NCBI GenBank assembly: GCA_009914755.4
Contig: CP068257.2
Span: 28,224,001-28,288,000 of the forward strand
Length of the DNA: 64,000 bases
From: the human T2T-CHM13v2.0 reference genome, Homo sapiens
Reading direction: 5' to 3'
Notes under the pieces: generated by a model
The model's input: only the letters and a program-made list of their open reading frames with translations
Told to the model about the DNA's origin: nothing
The model's database searches: none
Made by a program: the position numbers and the translations under genes
Shown: piece by piece, positions 46,191 through 60,100 of the stretch
Position numbering within the stretch: position 1 is the first letter of the stretch
How the letters are laid out: every line of letters begins with the position of its first letter

Positions 46191-47326
46191 GTGGACACTT
46201 TTTTTTGGGAAAAAAAAGGACTCAAATAACCTAAATTTGTTTTTTTTTAAAACTGAAATTGGAACTATTATGACTATATAGTGTATGAATGAATACTGTG
46301 TAAAATCAGCAAGAGCAGGGACTGAGTCTTGCTCACTTTTGTGTTCTTAGCTTAACACAATCCAGCCAGAGAATGAATGAGTCTGCAATGTTTATGGAGC
46401 AAATGGATAGACTGATCAGTGCAGGGTGTTCTCTGACTGTTCAGCCCTCAATGACTCACGCTTCTCAGACCTACTGCAATCACTTTCATGGGGTTGCAAT
46501 GATTTTACATGTGCTAGTCTCTTTTTATCGATCAGCTGTTCTGATTGAAACATGTACTTGTGCAGGGACCAGGATGGGCCCTTCTGAACTCCCCGGAAGC
46601 ATGTGGCAGAGCTATGGAAAGCACCCTACCAAGGGCTGGAACCAGGAAGTGTTGACCTGAGCCAGAACACTGTCATGTACCCAGCTCTGTTCTAACAGAT
46701 CAACACTTCTCAGTGGAGTCCTTTGTGTTAGGACTGCTACCCAAGGCCCTTCTCTGGGGAGGGTATCTCAAAATTCCTCCTGCCTCCCACAGCGTTCATG
46801 TGGCCACACTCTGGGTTAACCGACATGCTCTGACTTCAGAGTTCCAAAGGGTCACACCGCTATACGTGCTGCAGCAATTATCAGGCCACACGAGGTCCTC
46901 TCTGAGCCTCCGAGCGGTCTCATGATCCTAGGCAGTGTGAAACATACTGAAAATTTAGAATCAGAGGGTCAGAGTGCCATTATTTAAACCAACTCATTTT
47001 AAACCTGGATCAAAGCCAATGGCTCAGAGCAATTTAGAAACATGATTATTTGCTGACTGAGTGGGGCCAAATTTTGGCTCCTTCCTTACTTGATCATGAC
47101 AAAGTATTTGGGAATTCAAATCTGAAATCGTCTGTTACCCACACAGAGCACTCCCCTTTGTGTATTAAAGAGCAAGTTATATTAAGTTACACTGACTTCT
47201 CCCAGATTCACCAGGAAGGAGGAAGGCTGGGTCCTAGAAGGTCTATAAAATGGACAGTTAAAATGGCCCAAGCAAAGGGCTTTTCAAAACTTATTTTTAA
47301 AAATTTTTATATTATATATATTTTAA

Positions 47327-47816
<490 letters not shown>

Positions 47817-47821
47817 CAAAA

Positions 47822-47860
47822 CTTGTTTTTTTTGTTTGTTTGTTTGTTTTTTTTAAATAT
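47822..47860. repeat. (TTTG)n tetranucleotide microsatellite with T-runs
   Basis: ttgttttttttgtttgtttgtttgttttttttaaa. Confidence 0.9.
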
Positions 47861-49020
47861 CTGTTATTGCCCGGTGGAGTGTGTGTATGCATTTTGGGGT
47901 GGTGTAATTTTTTTGAAGCAGATTTTATAAGAAGCAAAGAAATATAGAGGACTATCAGCTGAAAAATATGCTAGATAGGAAATACAGCAATTCGTTTTTT
48001 CAATCTTTTTCTCATTAATGGCATGGAATTTCACTGAAAAGGTGTTAGAAAAGGAAAATAATTTCAGCTCATTTTATATATTTGAGTTTCATTGTGTGCT
48101 ACAACTTATTGCTGAATGCTACAAAACCAGGCTTTGTTCTAATGAAATGTAATCCTCACATGGCTAAAAGAAACAGCTGAGAAAGCTATATATTTTATAT
48201 CAAATACCTTTACAGATCCAGTTAAATGTTAGAAAACCTCTTTATGAATTATTTTTAAGGTACAATCTAAGAAACTTCAAGCTTCAGAAAAATATAACAT
48301 ACTGATAAAATATTTTATTTCAAAAATTGTTAAGTTGTTTTGTTTTCCATTATGAGCAGTATTTAATTGTTTTTTAAGGTAGATTGACACTTGTTATTTC
48401 ATCTGTTTACTGAGTTATATTCAATGCCTTATTTATTTTTATTATATGTTTGCTTTACATTTTACATCTATTCATCTAGCTTTTGGTTTATAGGCTGAAG
48501 AGGTTTAAGAAATAGTTGAAGGCAACAAACAGAAAAGAAGAAAAGGATAATTCAGGAGGGGAAATAAAATTAAGACAAAAGAGTTAAAATAGTATTTAGA
48601 ACCAATTATCTTTTCAAAATTTATTTATTTCTGGATGTCACATTTGATAGGCTCATGTTCTTGAATTATTTGGAGCACATTCCTCTGTTTTCTCCCATTT
48701 ACTCCATTTTAGTAAATTTTATTTCTGAATAAAATAATTCCTTAGGACTAACTACATGAAGGGTTAAACTTTGATTGCAACATATTCAATACTATATGGT
48801 GCTTATTGCATTTAAAACTGAACAAACAATAAAATTTGGGGCTTTCGTGAAAAGTAACTTACTACAGACCTGAAATCTTTTGCTTCTCTCTTTGAGATGA
48901 ATCAATAAAAATAAAAAAAAAAAAGCCAAAGCAAATAAATCTAAAGTTTCTGCAAAGCACACAGCATGCACCTTCAATTCACTTCCTCTAAATTTGTATC
49001 AATGGAATGTGGTCATTGCT

Positions 49021-49070
49021 GCTTTTTTTGTTTTTGTTTTTGTTTTTCTACTCTTACAGAAAAAAAAAAG
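49021..49070. repeat. (TTTTTG)n microsatellite with an adjacent poly-A
   Basis: gctttttttgtttttgtttttgtttttctactcttacagaaaaaaaaaag. Confidence 0.85.
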
Positions 49071-52000
49071 AATTCAATACAATCTCCCTCAGTGGAAGAA
49101 TAAATATCAAAAATGAAATTCAGAGTCCCTAAAAATTGCAATGCTTTTACCTGTTACTTTTTGTTTTTTGGTTAATGTTGCAAATTTTGAAAACTCAAGT
49201 GTGTGCCATACTGAGAAGAAAACCAAGAAAATTTCAAGATTTTTGTAAAATAATCAATGTTCTAGATCATACAAAAGTATTGGATTCATTACATAATAAT
49301 TAGATGCTTAATATATTCAAAGAGGTGACAGACGTGTCCCCCGAATCATAGTCTGACAGTCTCCTTCAATGTATTTTGTAATAATTATTTTTACTAGCTG
49401 TGAACATAAATAAGTTATATTGTAAAGAGAAATGATTGAGAAGAATCTAAGTTCAGCTAACGCATTTTAATCAATTAAGAAGTTATCACGAATTTCTAGT
49501 TTTTAAAATTTATTAGTATAAAAAGAAATAATCAAAAGGCATTCTATATGAATGAAAATAAGAGCTAAACCTGACAAAAACAGAAAGCTGAAGGACAAGA
49601 TTCATTTTTACCGGTACTACTGCCTACAGGAGTCTCATTCTGTCCATAATATGCTAGTGAATTAAAAAACATAGGTGCAAAAAAGAGCAATTTAGTGTAT
49701 AATCGTGCTAACTTTTAAATTCTTACTTTATCATTAGAAACTATGTCAGTCCATTCTGTGTTAAAAACCAACAAAATACAGTTAAAATTAATACAGAGCT
49801 ACAATTTTATTTAAGTTTTACTATTGTTTTGGTGAAAACTGACTTCTATTCATTTTTAAAAATATCTCTCAGGGATGTAGAATCTTCATCTATAAATTAA
49901 ACAAGTTCAAGCAAGTGGTCCCATTGGTCTTGTTAAATATAATAATAATTAACATTTATTGGGCACTTATTATACACCAGACATTGTTCTAAGGGTTTAA
50001 AAATACATTATAAAAGCTTTAACATTTGTTATCCAATTTCTATAGCCGAAAAAAAGAGGAAAAACAGAAATTTTTCTGTTGAGTTATGCAAATCTTACTC
50101 TTATAATTTTATTTACACAGAAATGTATATGAAAATAATCATTTTTATAATTTCCCTAATTCTCTAATAACTCAGTTTCCTAGATATCAACCACTTTTCA
50201 CCATCTTCCATCTTCTACTGTGACCTTTTTCCCCTTGTTCCTCCTTGTCAATCCCCATTTTCTATCTCATCCTGTGTCATGTTGGCTGAATCTACCTTGG
50301 TCCAATTTCCTGCTGGTGCTCTTCTTAGAGCTGGCCAAATCTTCAGCACGGTGGAAAGGAAGCCGAACAGCAGAGCGTACCTTCAGGAGTTTTCTACTCA
50401 CTCCTTCCACAGAAGCAAACAAAAAAATTAACCAGGCATATTCTTCAAAATAGGCCTCCAACATACATTTTCAAAATCAAGCTACCTCACTAGTCGAGAC
50501 AAGCTGCATCTCAGGCATTTGTATTTCATGATGTCTGGTCAATGTGATTCATTGTAATATAAAATAAAGTATATTTTTCTAGTGTGTTACAAGTAAACAG
50601 GTAACCAGTATTATTCACCCATTTATTTAATAGAGATAAACAATTACAACTCGATTTTTCCATTACTCAAATGAGTATAGAAACTTCAACAATGAACAAG
50701 ATTTCTCTTTTAAGAGTGACACTTTATTTCATTTGACTAATATAATGTTGGTCTGTTCATAAATTATTCAATGAAGTGCTAAAAGCTTCCTTCCTCTCAA
50801 GTATTTCCTCTGCAAAATGGCTTTGGTAGATGAATTATTTTCCATATGAACAAACTAAGTAAACTTTCAATTTTGAGTACTGAAAATCTTTGTAAGAATA
50901 TTTTTAAACACATCACTTTTTAAAATAAATTTATGTTTTATTTTTAAAATCTTCCCGTGTTTGTTACACATTGTATGCCCATTTTCAAAGAAATTTTTAT
51001 TTAACAAACTATCCAACTTTAGAAAAAAATATTTGTACTCTAATAAATCAAGCCACGAAATTTTTAAATCTAACAATCAGAAAATGGCAAATATAATATT
51101 TAACAGGGATCTTTAAGGGCCCTAAAGATAAATGTTTAAAGACTTAAAAACAAGAAAATCATTTTACTGGCTGCTTCATCTCATTTTTCTTTATGGCCCT
51201 ATAAAATATTTAATGAAATTATTGGCTCCTTTGTGAGGTTTTATAGTAGTTAATGCAAGCAAAACATAAGTAAAATTTCTGAGAGATCTCTGGTCATTAA
51301 TATGTAATTATGTTACATTATGTTCTACTAATTAAATAGAATATTAAATAAAATAATTAATAGAATATTTAATTAAATAGAATGTTACTAAAATATGGCT
51401 TCAAATAAGGCAACTCTATACTCATGAGTTTGATATCTTTCTATGTGTTACTTAAACTCAGCACATTTTAACACATTCAAACTAAAATAGCTTTCATTTA
51501 CATTGTTGAAACCTAAGCTAAGCAGTAATAATTAGAAAAAAAATAAATGACAGATTACTTTCAAATCAGATGTGGTTTAGTTCTTTAATCCTGAAAATCC
51601 TGAGCAGTTGGCAAGGTGCTCAAGAAATCACTTTCTGAAAAATCACATGGGCATTTACCAAGGAATCCGCAGAGAAGCGGAGAGAGCCTGGGCGTCTGGG
51701 AATCAGCAATATGGAGCTATCATTTAAAAATCTTTATTGAAATAATTACATGACGAGTATAACTTTTATCCCTCAGAAGACTCAGGGATGAATAATTTTA
51801 AAAGACATTTAATTACAGACACATGGACAATATAATACTGTACAATGGCAAGCTGAACCCTCGTCTGAATATGCTCTCAAGAAGCATGATGACCTTGAAT
51901 AGACCTTTTCCATTAAAGGTGACATTCAGTAATTGCATTGTTTGTAACTCAAAGTATAAATGCTTGAGGGAATTGAAACTCCATTCTCTGTGATATGCTT

Positions 52001-53446
52001 ATTTCACATTGCCTGTATCAAAACATGTCATATATCCCATGAATATATACATTTACTATGTACCCACAAAAAATTTTTAAAATAATTTTAAAAGTTTTTA
52101 AAAATGTTGACATTCCAACCCACTGCTTAAAAAGACCTTCGAATAAATTCTTCAGAATTAAACTTCCATGACATGTAATAAACTTGTTTTTTGCCCTTAG
52201 TTTTGTCTAAACACGTGGGGATCCTTCCTATCTAGCCTTGTTCACACTTATATCTCAGGAAGTCAATCTCCGTAAAGCAAAAACAGTCTTTAATTGACTT
52301 CTGTCATTTGAGAGGCCTGAGAAGGGCAGAAATTAGCAATGTACAAGTGTTTCACTAACCTGAGAGAAAGTAATGACTGATATTCTCCTCTTGTCAAACA
52401 AAGTCATGGTAGATTTTTCTTTGACCTTGTGATACTGTGTAATACAGCAAATTCAATTGGGATTATAGGAAATTGATGTCTAAATAGCTAGAGGAGGCAC
52501 AGGTTTCATACTAGGAAATATTCAATTCAATAAAAATTAACCTTTCTTGTGGCTATGATGTGTAAATGTCTGGCTTACGTAGGCCCTTTCTAACTAATTA
52601 TAGGACATGTTGTACTGCATCCTATACTGATTTTCACATGAAGTTTTTCATATGCTTGTAGTAATTTTACACAGATCTATTTATCCTGAAGGGTCATGGC
52701 TACAGTGTAATATAGAATGCTGTTTTTCTCTTGCCTATGAGAAAGCATGATTAAAGAAGACAATTGATTTTTTTTTTTACAAGACTGACTTCGTTAGTTT
52801 GGAACAGCTTATCATAAGTCTACACTGGCAGAATATTAATATCCTATATGGCTTTCACATTATTTTGATTATTATTTTAAAACTATATTAAGTGCACTAG
52901 TCATCAATAATAACAATAACAACAGCTGTAATAAATACAGATAAGCCTTTCTGTGTGTTAAGTATTGTGCTTGACATATACTAACTCAGTGAATCCTTCT
53001 AATACTCTTACATGGGAGTTACTTTTTTATTATTACTGCTACCTTATGTGTTAGAAAAACCCTAAATATAGAGAGATTGAGTAACTTGCCCAAATTCAAA
53101 AAGAGAGAAAGTGGCAAAACCGGGCAACAGGACTTCAGAATCTGTGTCATCAACTACTATTTATTTGTGAATATAGGGACAAAATGTTTATTACATCTAC
53201 ATTGAATAATATTCTACAAAACAGCTGATTTTATGCTTCAAAATGGTACTGCGATGAATCATTGAAGGCCTTGGAACTGTTTCAGATTGAGGAAGATTCA
53301 GAGGCATGGTGACACTATGCAGCCACGATCCTGGACTGGGAGAAAATTGCTATAAACTATGTTATTGAGATAATTGAGGAAATCTGAGTAAAACCTATAA
53401 AGTTGATATCGTTATATTAATATTACATACTCTGATTGCTATAGAC

Positions 53447-53814
53447 TGAATGTGTTCCCTCAAAATTCATGTGTTGAAACCCTAACACGCAGTGGGATGG
53501 TACTGGTAGGCGGGGCCTTTGGGAGGTAATATGGTTTAGGTGAGGTCATTAGAGTGGCAGCCCCATAATGAGTGAGATTAGTGCCTTCATAAAAGGGGCC
53601 CCAGAGAACTCCCTCCCTCCTCCATCATAGGAAGATGCAATGAAAAGAAGACTATCTATGAACCAGAAAGTGGGCTCTTCCCAGACACCAGTTTCTGCCT
53701 GAGCCTTGATCTTGGACTTCCCAGCCTCTAGAACTGAGAGAAATAAATTTCTGTTGTTTATCAGCTACCTGGTCTATGGTCATTTGTTATGGCAGCTCAA
53801 ATAGACTAACACAC
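53447..53814 (+). mobile_element. Solo ERVL-MaLR LTR of MLT1/MST type, plus orientation
   Basis: tgctatagactgaatgtgttccctcaaaattcatgtgttgaaaccctaacacgcagtgggatggtactggtaggcggggcctttgggaggtaatatggtttaggtgaggtcattagagtggcagcccc...gccttgatcttggacttcccagcctctagaactgagagaaataaatttctgttgtttatcagctacctggtctatggtcatttgttatggcagctcaaatagactaacaca. Confidence 0.65.
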
Positions 53815-53924
53815 TGATTTTATATCATTATATTGTGATTGCTGAATGAATGTTCTTGCTCTTTGATAACACTGAAGTATTTAGAATTAAAGGGGTGTGA
53901 TGTCCTCAGCTAAGAAATACACAT

Positions 53925-53975
53925 ACACACAAACACACATATACACAGAGAGAAAGAAAGAGAGAAAATGATAAA
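53925..53975. repeat. Imperfect (CA)n/(GA)n microsatellite
   Basis: acacatacacacaaacacacatatacacagagagaaagaaagagagaaaa. Confidence 0.85.
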
Positions 53976-54164
53976 GTGGATATGGTAAAATGATAGCAAT
54001 TGGTGAACCTAAGTTAAAGGTGACAGAGCAGGAGCATCGCCATCTTGCACAAGCACTGCCATTATAAATTCCCCTTGATCAAAAACTGCCTAAATCCAAA
54101 GGGCATCAGCCTAAGGGCTAAGGTCAGCATGACCATAAACCACAAATAACATCTCCAACCATAA

Positions 54165-54340
54165 ATATTCCAAACCCCTCCCTGACCAGAGACATGCCAG
54201 CCGCTAGATAACCTCCCCTCTGATCAGAGAGATGTCAGCCCCAAGATAACCTCTCCTCTGACAAGAGACATTCCAACCCCACCATAAACTTCTCCCCTAC
54301 ACAGAAACATTCCAAGCTCTCTCATCAGTAAATACTCTTA
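54165..54340. repeat. Degenerate tandem array of about 4 units of about 38-40 bp (motif agagaca[t/g][gt]ccag/accc...ataacctc[ct]cctctga)
   Basis: ccagagacatgccagccgctagataacctcccctctgat / cagagagatgtcagccccaagataacctctcctctgac / aagagacattccaaccccaccataaacttctcccctacac / agaaacattccaagctctctcatcag. Confidence 0.55.
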
Positions 54341-55561
54341 GTCTGGAAGAAAGAGCACTCCTAACCAAAAATCGGCCAGAAGCCCCTCTCAGGTTTATTC
54401 TCCAAAATAAACCTGTCTTTGACTATTGAGCCACTTTTTGGGTTTCTTTCCTCTTTCAAAAGGTATATGGGAATTCAGAGCACTATTTTTGTGACATTTT
54501 TGTAAATTAAGTTATATTTATTCTAAAGCCCTGGATATAGAGAGTGTGATAAAAAATATTTATCCAGAATTTTAATACATCTCAATATGATTTTTCATTG
54601 TAGACTCACAGGGTATATTTGTTCCAGGGGTTGAGACCTGGTTGAAAACCATTAGCAAAAGGAGAGATGATGATGATGATACATTTTCTTAGAGAGGGTA
54701 TGTGAAGAGTTCATTCCCGAAGGTTTTATTTTAGGCAATATCAAGTAATAGCTACTTATCTATACATTTACATTCAAAATATACTTACTTGTTTAAAATA
54801 ATTAGTATCAAGTTCACTTAGCCAATGGCACAAGAATCCAGAAATAACATTCTTCATTACAAGACATACTTAATAATAACATATTCATTACATGACGTAC
54901 TTAATACATGCCATGGGTGTTTAATAAGATATTTTTATGCCAGAAAGACACCATATATGGAGGTTACTTTATGAAAGCAATTTTTCCTGTCCTTTCAACA
55001 TTGAATTCCAGTCCAAAGCACCTGTGTTGCCCTGGCAGTTTGGCAAGAACATGGACTTGAGAGAAAGATGGGTTCGAGCCCCAGCTCTGCCACTAACTAG
55101 CTGTATGACTGTGGAAGCTGACTTCACCATTCAAGTTTTCATCACCTCATCTATGAACTGAAGTAATGAAAACCTGTCTTGATGTACTATTGTGAAATAA
55201 AAATGGATAACTCTGTAAAGCACTTGACACATGTTAAAGCACAATATATTTCTGTTTTTAAAATTTTACTTACATATACTTATGTACTTTTATGTAAGTG
55301 GGAAGAAAGAGCATTTTTAATAGAGTATATGGTAGAAAAAGTATCCACGACTTTATGCTGTTTCCAGATCTAGTCCCTGAATCTAATAACCATTTTTAAT
55401 ATTTAAAGTAACATACATTTCTTATGCTTAAGCATGATAAAAGACTAACTGTAAAGACCTGGAATAGGATATGAGTATCCTTACAACAGTGTAGAAAAGG
55501 TGAGATATATAGAATACACAATGTCAAAAGAAAACAGTAGATTTAAATTAAAGAAACACTA

Positions 55562-55586
55562 AATATATATATATATATATATATTT
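55562..55586. repeat. (TA)n microsatellite
   Basis: aaatatatatatatatatatatatttg. Confidence 0.9.
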
Positions 55587-57074
55587 GTAGATTTGTATGT
55601 AGAATTGCCCTGACTTTCAACTAAGGCATCATCAGAAGTGATTAAATCTTATGGCAGTCTGAATATCAATTGGTTTTTCTTGGTTTTTCATATCATTTTA
55701 TTCTTTATTTCTCTATTTTCTTTTTCAAGTTACACATATACATAAAATTTATGGGTGATAGCTGTCATTCAAATGAAAATACATATTCAGTACTTAGGAT
55801 ATACACTACTGATTATACCACTAACAGCCTTTTTGTATTTTGCTTTTGCTAAAATAATTCAAATTTTGTTCTGGCACACTGTGTCTGGGCTCAAGGGATG
55901 GATATTGTTTAGTTTATGGCAGGTTTTCACAATCTTGGCTATTGATAGTTTAGGTAAAATAATTCTTTATTGTGGGGAGTTTTCCTGCATACTATAGGAC
56001 ATTTAACAGCATACCTGGCCTCTTATTTCTAAATGGCAATAGCACCCATCCCCAAGTTGTGACAATAAAAAATGCCACCACACATTGCTGAATGTCCTCT
56101 GGGAAGGCATTGGGAGTACAAAATCATTGCCAGTAGAGAACCACTGTTTAAGCCAAGCCTAGTAGCTTCATTCCTCCATGAGAGGAATTATTCTAGGGAA
56201 CACTATGTGACCAGTGCTAGCTGACAAGATGGAAGGAAAGATCTGCTGGGACTTCCGAGAAAGCTCCCGAAGTAAGGCACATGAAGAGAAATTCTTCCTC
56301 CTTCTCCATTTCCTTCCTGCCCCTATGGGGCAGTCATGTGAGAACTTAAGACTTGGGGCAATGGCAGTCATCATGAAGATGTCAGCAATGCCAACTTCAA
56401 GCCCTGACTTGACTGAGCTGCTATGCCAATCCTGACCTACTAACCATGGTATTCATTGGCTTGTTTCACAAACAGGCCAGTTTCCTTCCTTTTGGGAACA
56501 AGATAGCATTGCATTTCTCTTCCCCCATCTCCCTAGAAGTCAAGTATGCTCATACAACTTGTTTTGTCCAACACAATGTGTGTCACTTTGGGGCAGAACC
56601 TTTTGAGATCCTTTCCCTGCCATGTTGAGATAGAGTCTACATCTGCTTGGATCCTTAAGTCCCCATTGTAGGAAACCCTGTAAATTTGTATTGAGTGTTT
56701 TGTGGGTGCAAAAAAAATAAGCCCTTGTGGCTGTAAGCCATTGAGATCAGGGTGTTCTTTGTTACGGGAGCATTATTAAACCACACTGACACATCTGCCT
56801 TTAAATTACTTGCCAAATAAATAAATCCCTATTGTTAAGCCACTTTCATTTGAATTATTTATATTTTTTATTGTAAGAGAATCCAAAAGGATGAAATATG
56901 TTTTTTACATAATTTCTAAAGAAATATAGGTGATGCACCCAAAAGTATCATCAAAAAATGACTGTCAATTAATTAATGAAGACTTTAGTGATAGAAAATT
57001 CTTCATGTATATGTGCTCATTTTCAATCCATCTATTCTGTTAATTCTTTTCCACGCTATATACATGAATCCAGA

Positions 57075-57104
57075 AACACACACACACACACACAAACACA
57101 CACC
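57075..57104. repeat. (CA)n microsatellite
   Basis: aacacacacacacacacacaaacacacacc. Confidence 0.9.
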
Positions 57105-60100
57105 TTCCTTCCTTATGTGCAACCATAGAGGATCAGCCTATCTGTGTCCAGTGCTCAGAGCTGACTGAATACACTAGAACTTGATCTGGCATATCCAACC
57201 AGACCTTGTAAGCAATTAAGATTCACAGTTGCTCTAAACGTACACCAACTATCTAGCGGTTAAATTTAAATTTGATACAACTAAATCATTAATTCATTCA
57301 TCCAATCATTCATCAATTATTTATTGAGTGCCTATCATGTAATAGGCACAACGCTTTAGTATATTTTCACATATACTGCCCTGCTAGTCTAGTTTCAAAC
57401 ACTAACTCTTTCTCTCACAGGAAGGGAACAATTTCTCTGGATTTCAGGATGGCTGGTTTGGTGTGTGAGTACTGCTGTCCTATGACACTGTTTACTGCGG
57501 GAACATGTTGTGATGTAAAGTTAACAACAACAGAAATAAAAACAAATGTCACCACCATAGGATCTGAGTCTCTGCCTGAGTTTAAATCATGGTACAGTTC
57601 CACAGAAGCTTATAAGCAAGTTACTTAACCTTTCTGAAATGCAATAGTGTTACCCCCAGTGGCTCTGTGACAATTAAATGTGTCATATATATGAAGTGCC
57701 CAGCCCAAAAACCTAGCACAAAATTGTGGTTTAATCCAGATCCCCTCTTTGTTTATCTGTGGATCCTGAAAATTATTTTTCAACATTCTAGCATGTCTTA
57801 CTCTTTTCAGAGAGAAAGAAAACACTCATTAAAACCTCATGATATATTCCAAGCCCACACCTTAACAGTCCTAAACTGAAAAATAATTTTAGTAAAGTCA
57901 AAAACTACTCTGTAAAAGGCCAAGGTGAACTACAAATTGAGTTAATAAAATATGTTCTTATATTTCCTGTTTATTATTGCAATTTTCTTACAGTTATCTA
58001 GTTTCTTTTCTTTGAAACATTACTATGAATGCAGTACTTAGAAAATTACACAGAATGCTTGAAACTGAAATTTACACAGAAAAGTAATGTTCAAGATTGG
58101 AAAAATATGTTTCAGTATATTAATATCCATATTATAATGTTGTAAGAATGAAATGAGATTATTTATGCAATGTCATACACCCCTGGGCACAGAATAGACA
58201 CTAAATAAAAGATAGCTTATTTTTGTTATTTTTGCTATTACAACTCAAAGTGGGAGCCAGAGAATAACCTGTTTCTGTAAAAAAAAATTTAAGAAGCAGC
58301 AGCATTAGTAAGGAAAGCTAATAACCTAGATTAATGCATCAAGAAATCTATGTAGCAAGTCATTTAATATCCTTATATTTACTTTAAAAATAGAGGATAA
58401 CACCTTCTAAATTTCCATCCATACACATTTAACTGAAAGGGGCTTGGAGGGAGGGAAAGAAAGATAATAATCGATAATAAAAGAGTCTATTTAATAAAAA
58501 CAGTGCAATAGCTACAGCAACTATGTAGAGACAAAGCAACAAACAGTTCTCTTGATAGTAATTCATCTTATTGTGACTAAATCTCTTGTAAGAACTCTGT
58601 CTCCACTTCAGAAAGCCAAAGTGGATTATGATTTCAAGTCTTAAATATCACTGGGTTTAATACACATAAACCCAATGTTCCTGGTTTGCAGCCTTGTAAA
58701 ATAAATAGATATAATTGCAGGCAGTTGCATACTAAAAGGAGGATAACACTTCTGTATTCACAGAGATTTGTTTACTGATGACATGAAACATACATGAATA
58801 TATCTTTTATGTAACATTATAGATACATACACACACAGATTCTACAAACTAAGCTGGTATTAGACATCACAGTCTCAATTCTCTCCAGAAAAAGTAATGA
58901 CGTTTATGTGTTTTTCTCGAAATCAACATGCTTCTGATGTTTTTCTCATTATGTTCAAACTCATCAAGACTTAAGACATTTCGTTTTCAGTATATCACTT
59001 GGCTTGCTTGCGCTTGCACACCTAAATACTTTCCAAATGAAGACTGGATTTTAACATAAGATAGGAAGAAATTCTTTTTGGTGATTTGCCATTTATTTTT
59101 CACAAAAGACAGGCACCGCAAAACAGACAAACGTTAAAATATGCTTTTTACTCTAATTTGATGAGGTATGAAGCCCTGTGACTGAAATTGAGAGAAATGA
59201 ATAATTAAGCATGTCTCACTTCTTGGTCAGGTTTGCACATTGGTATTTACTGTTTCTGCTGCCATTTTACTACGGCATTAGGGAGAAAGGAATGCCAATC
59301 TCTGCATCACTGACATTTTAAACATAACAATTTATGCTGTGCCTTTATTTTTATTCAGATGTTAGGAGAACGATCATAGGAAATGACACAATTTAATCCC
59401 ACAGTGATTTGCTGTAAGCCTACTATGGTGCAAAGCATTTACATTGAAATGTTCTCTTCTTCAATCTAAAACTCTTCAAATGCTTTCCATTGAACTGAGT
59501 ATAAAACCCTATTGGTCTGTCATTGTTGAGGACAGTGGTCTCTAAGCATTTTTTTCTAACTTGACCCCAAAATAATTGTAAAAACCTAGGTTCTACCCCC
59601 ACATATTTTAAGCCAGTATTTACATTTTTTCACTGTATAGTTGAAATGTTCTCAAAATACATAGTTTCTGATGTATTTCATCTTATATATGTGATTTATA
59701 TATTTTAGTTAAATCAGTGAAACCAAAGACATGTTTTTCACTTTTTAACATGTCTTCCTTCTCAAACCATTCAGACAAAACAGACCTAATTTCTGTTAAA
59801 AAATAAAATATATGATTTCTTTAAAACACACACACTTTAATATGCCCCCCTGACTAAGAGATTATTTTTAATTCAAACTCTGCATTATATAGAGAAAGAT
59901 GAACTAATAGATGAGTGGATAAATAGATAGATTAATGGATAAATGATAGATAAATGGTGATGGTTTAGTCACAAACTTGATATGTGAACCTGGTTATATA
60001 ATTTATTCTCACTCCTAAATTCTCTCAACTCAAAAATGGGCATAATGTTGACAGGAGTTACTACTTAGAATTACTAAGAAAATTTTAAAAATCCAAATTT

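Noticed and set aside
51300-51400. Internal direct repeats 'aattaaatagaatatt' in an AT-rich stretch, as a possible regulatory motif array
   Set aside because: This is low-complexity AT-rich sequence, in which short direct repeats arise trivially. There is no supporting structure.
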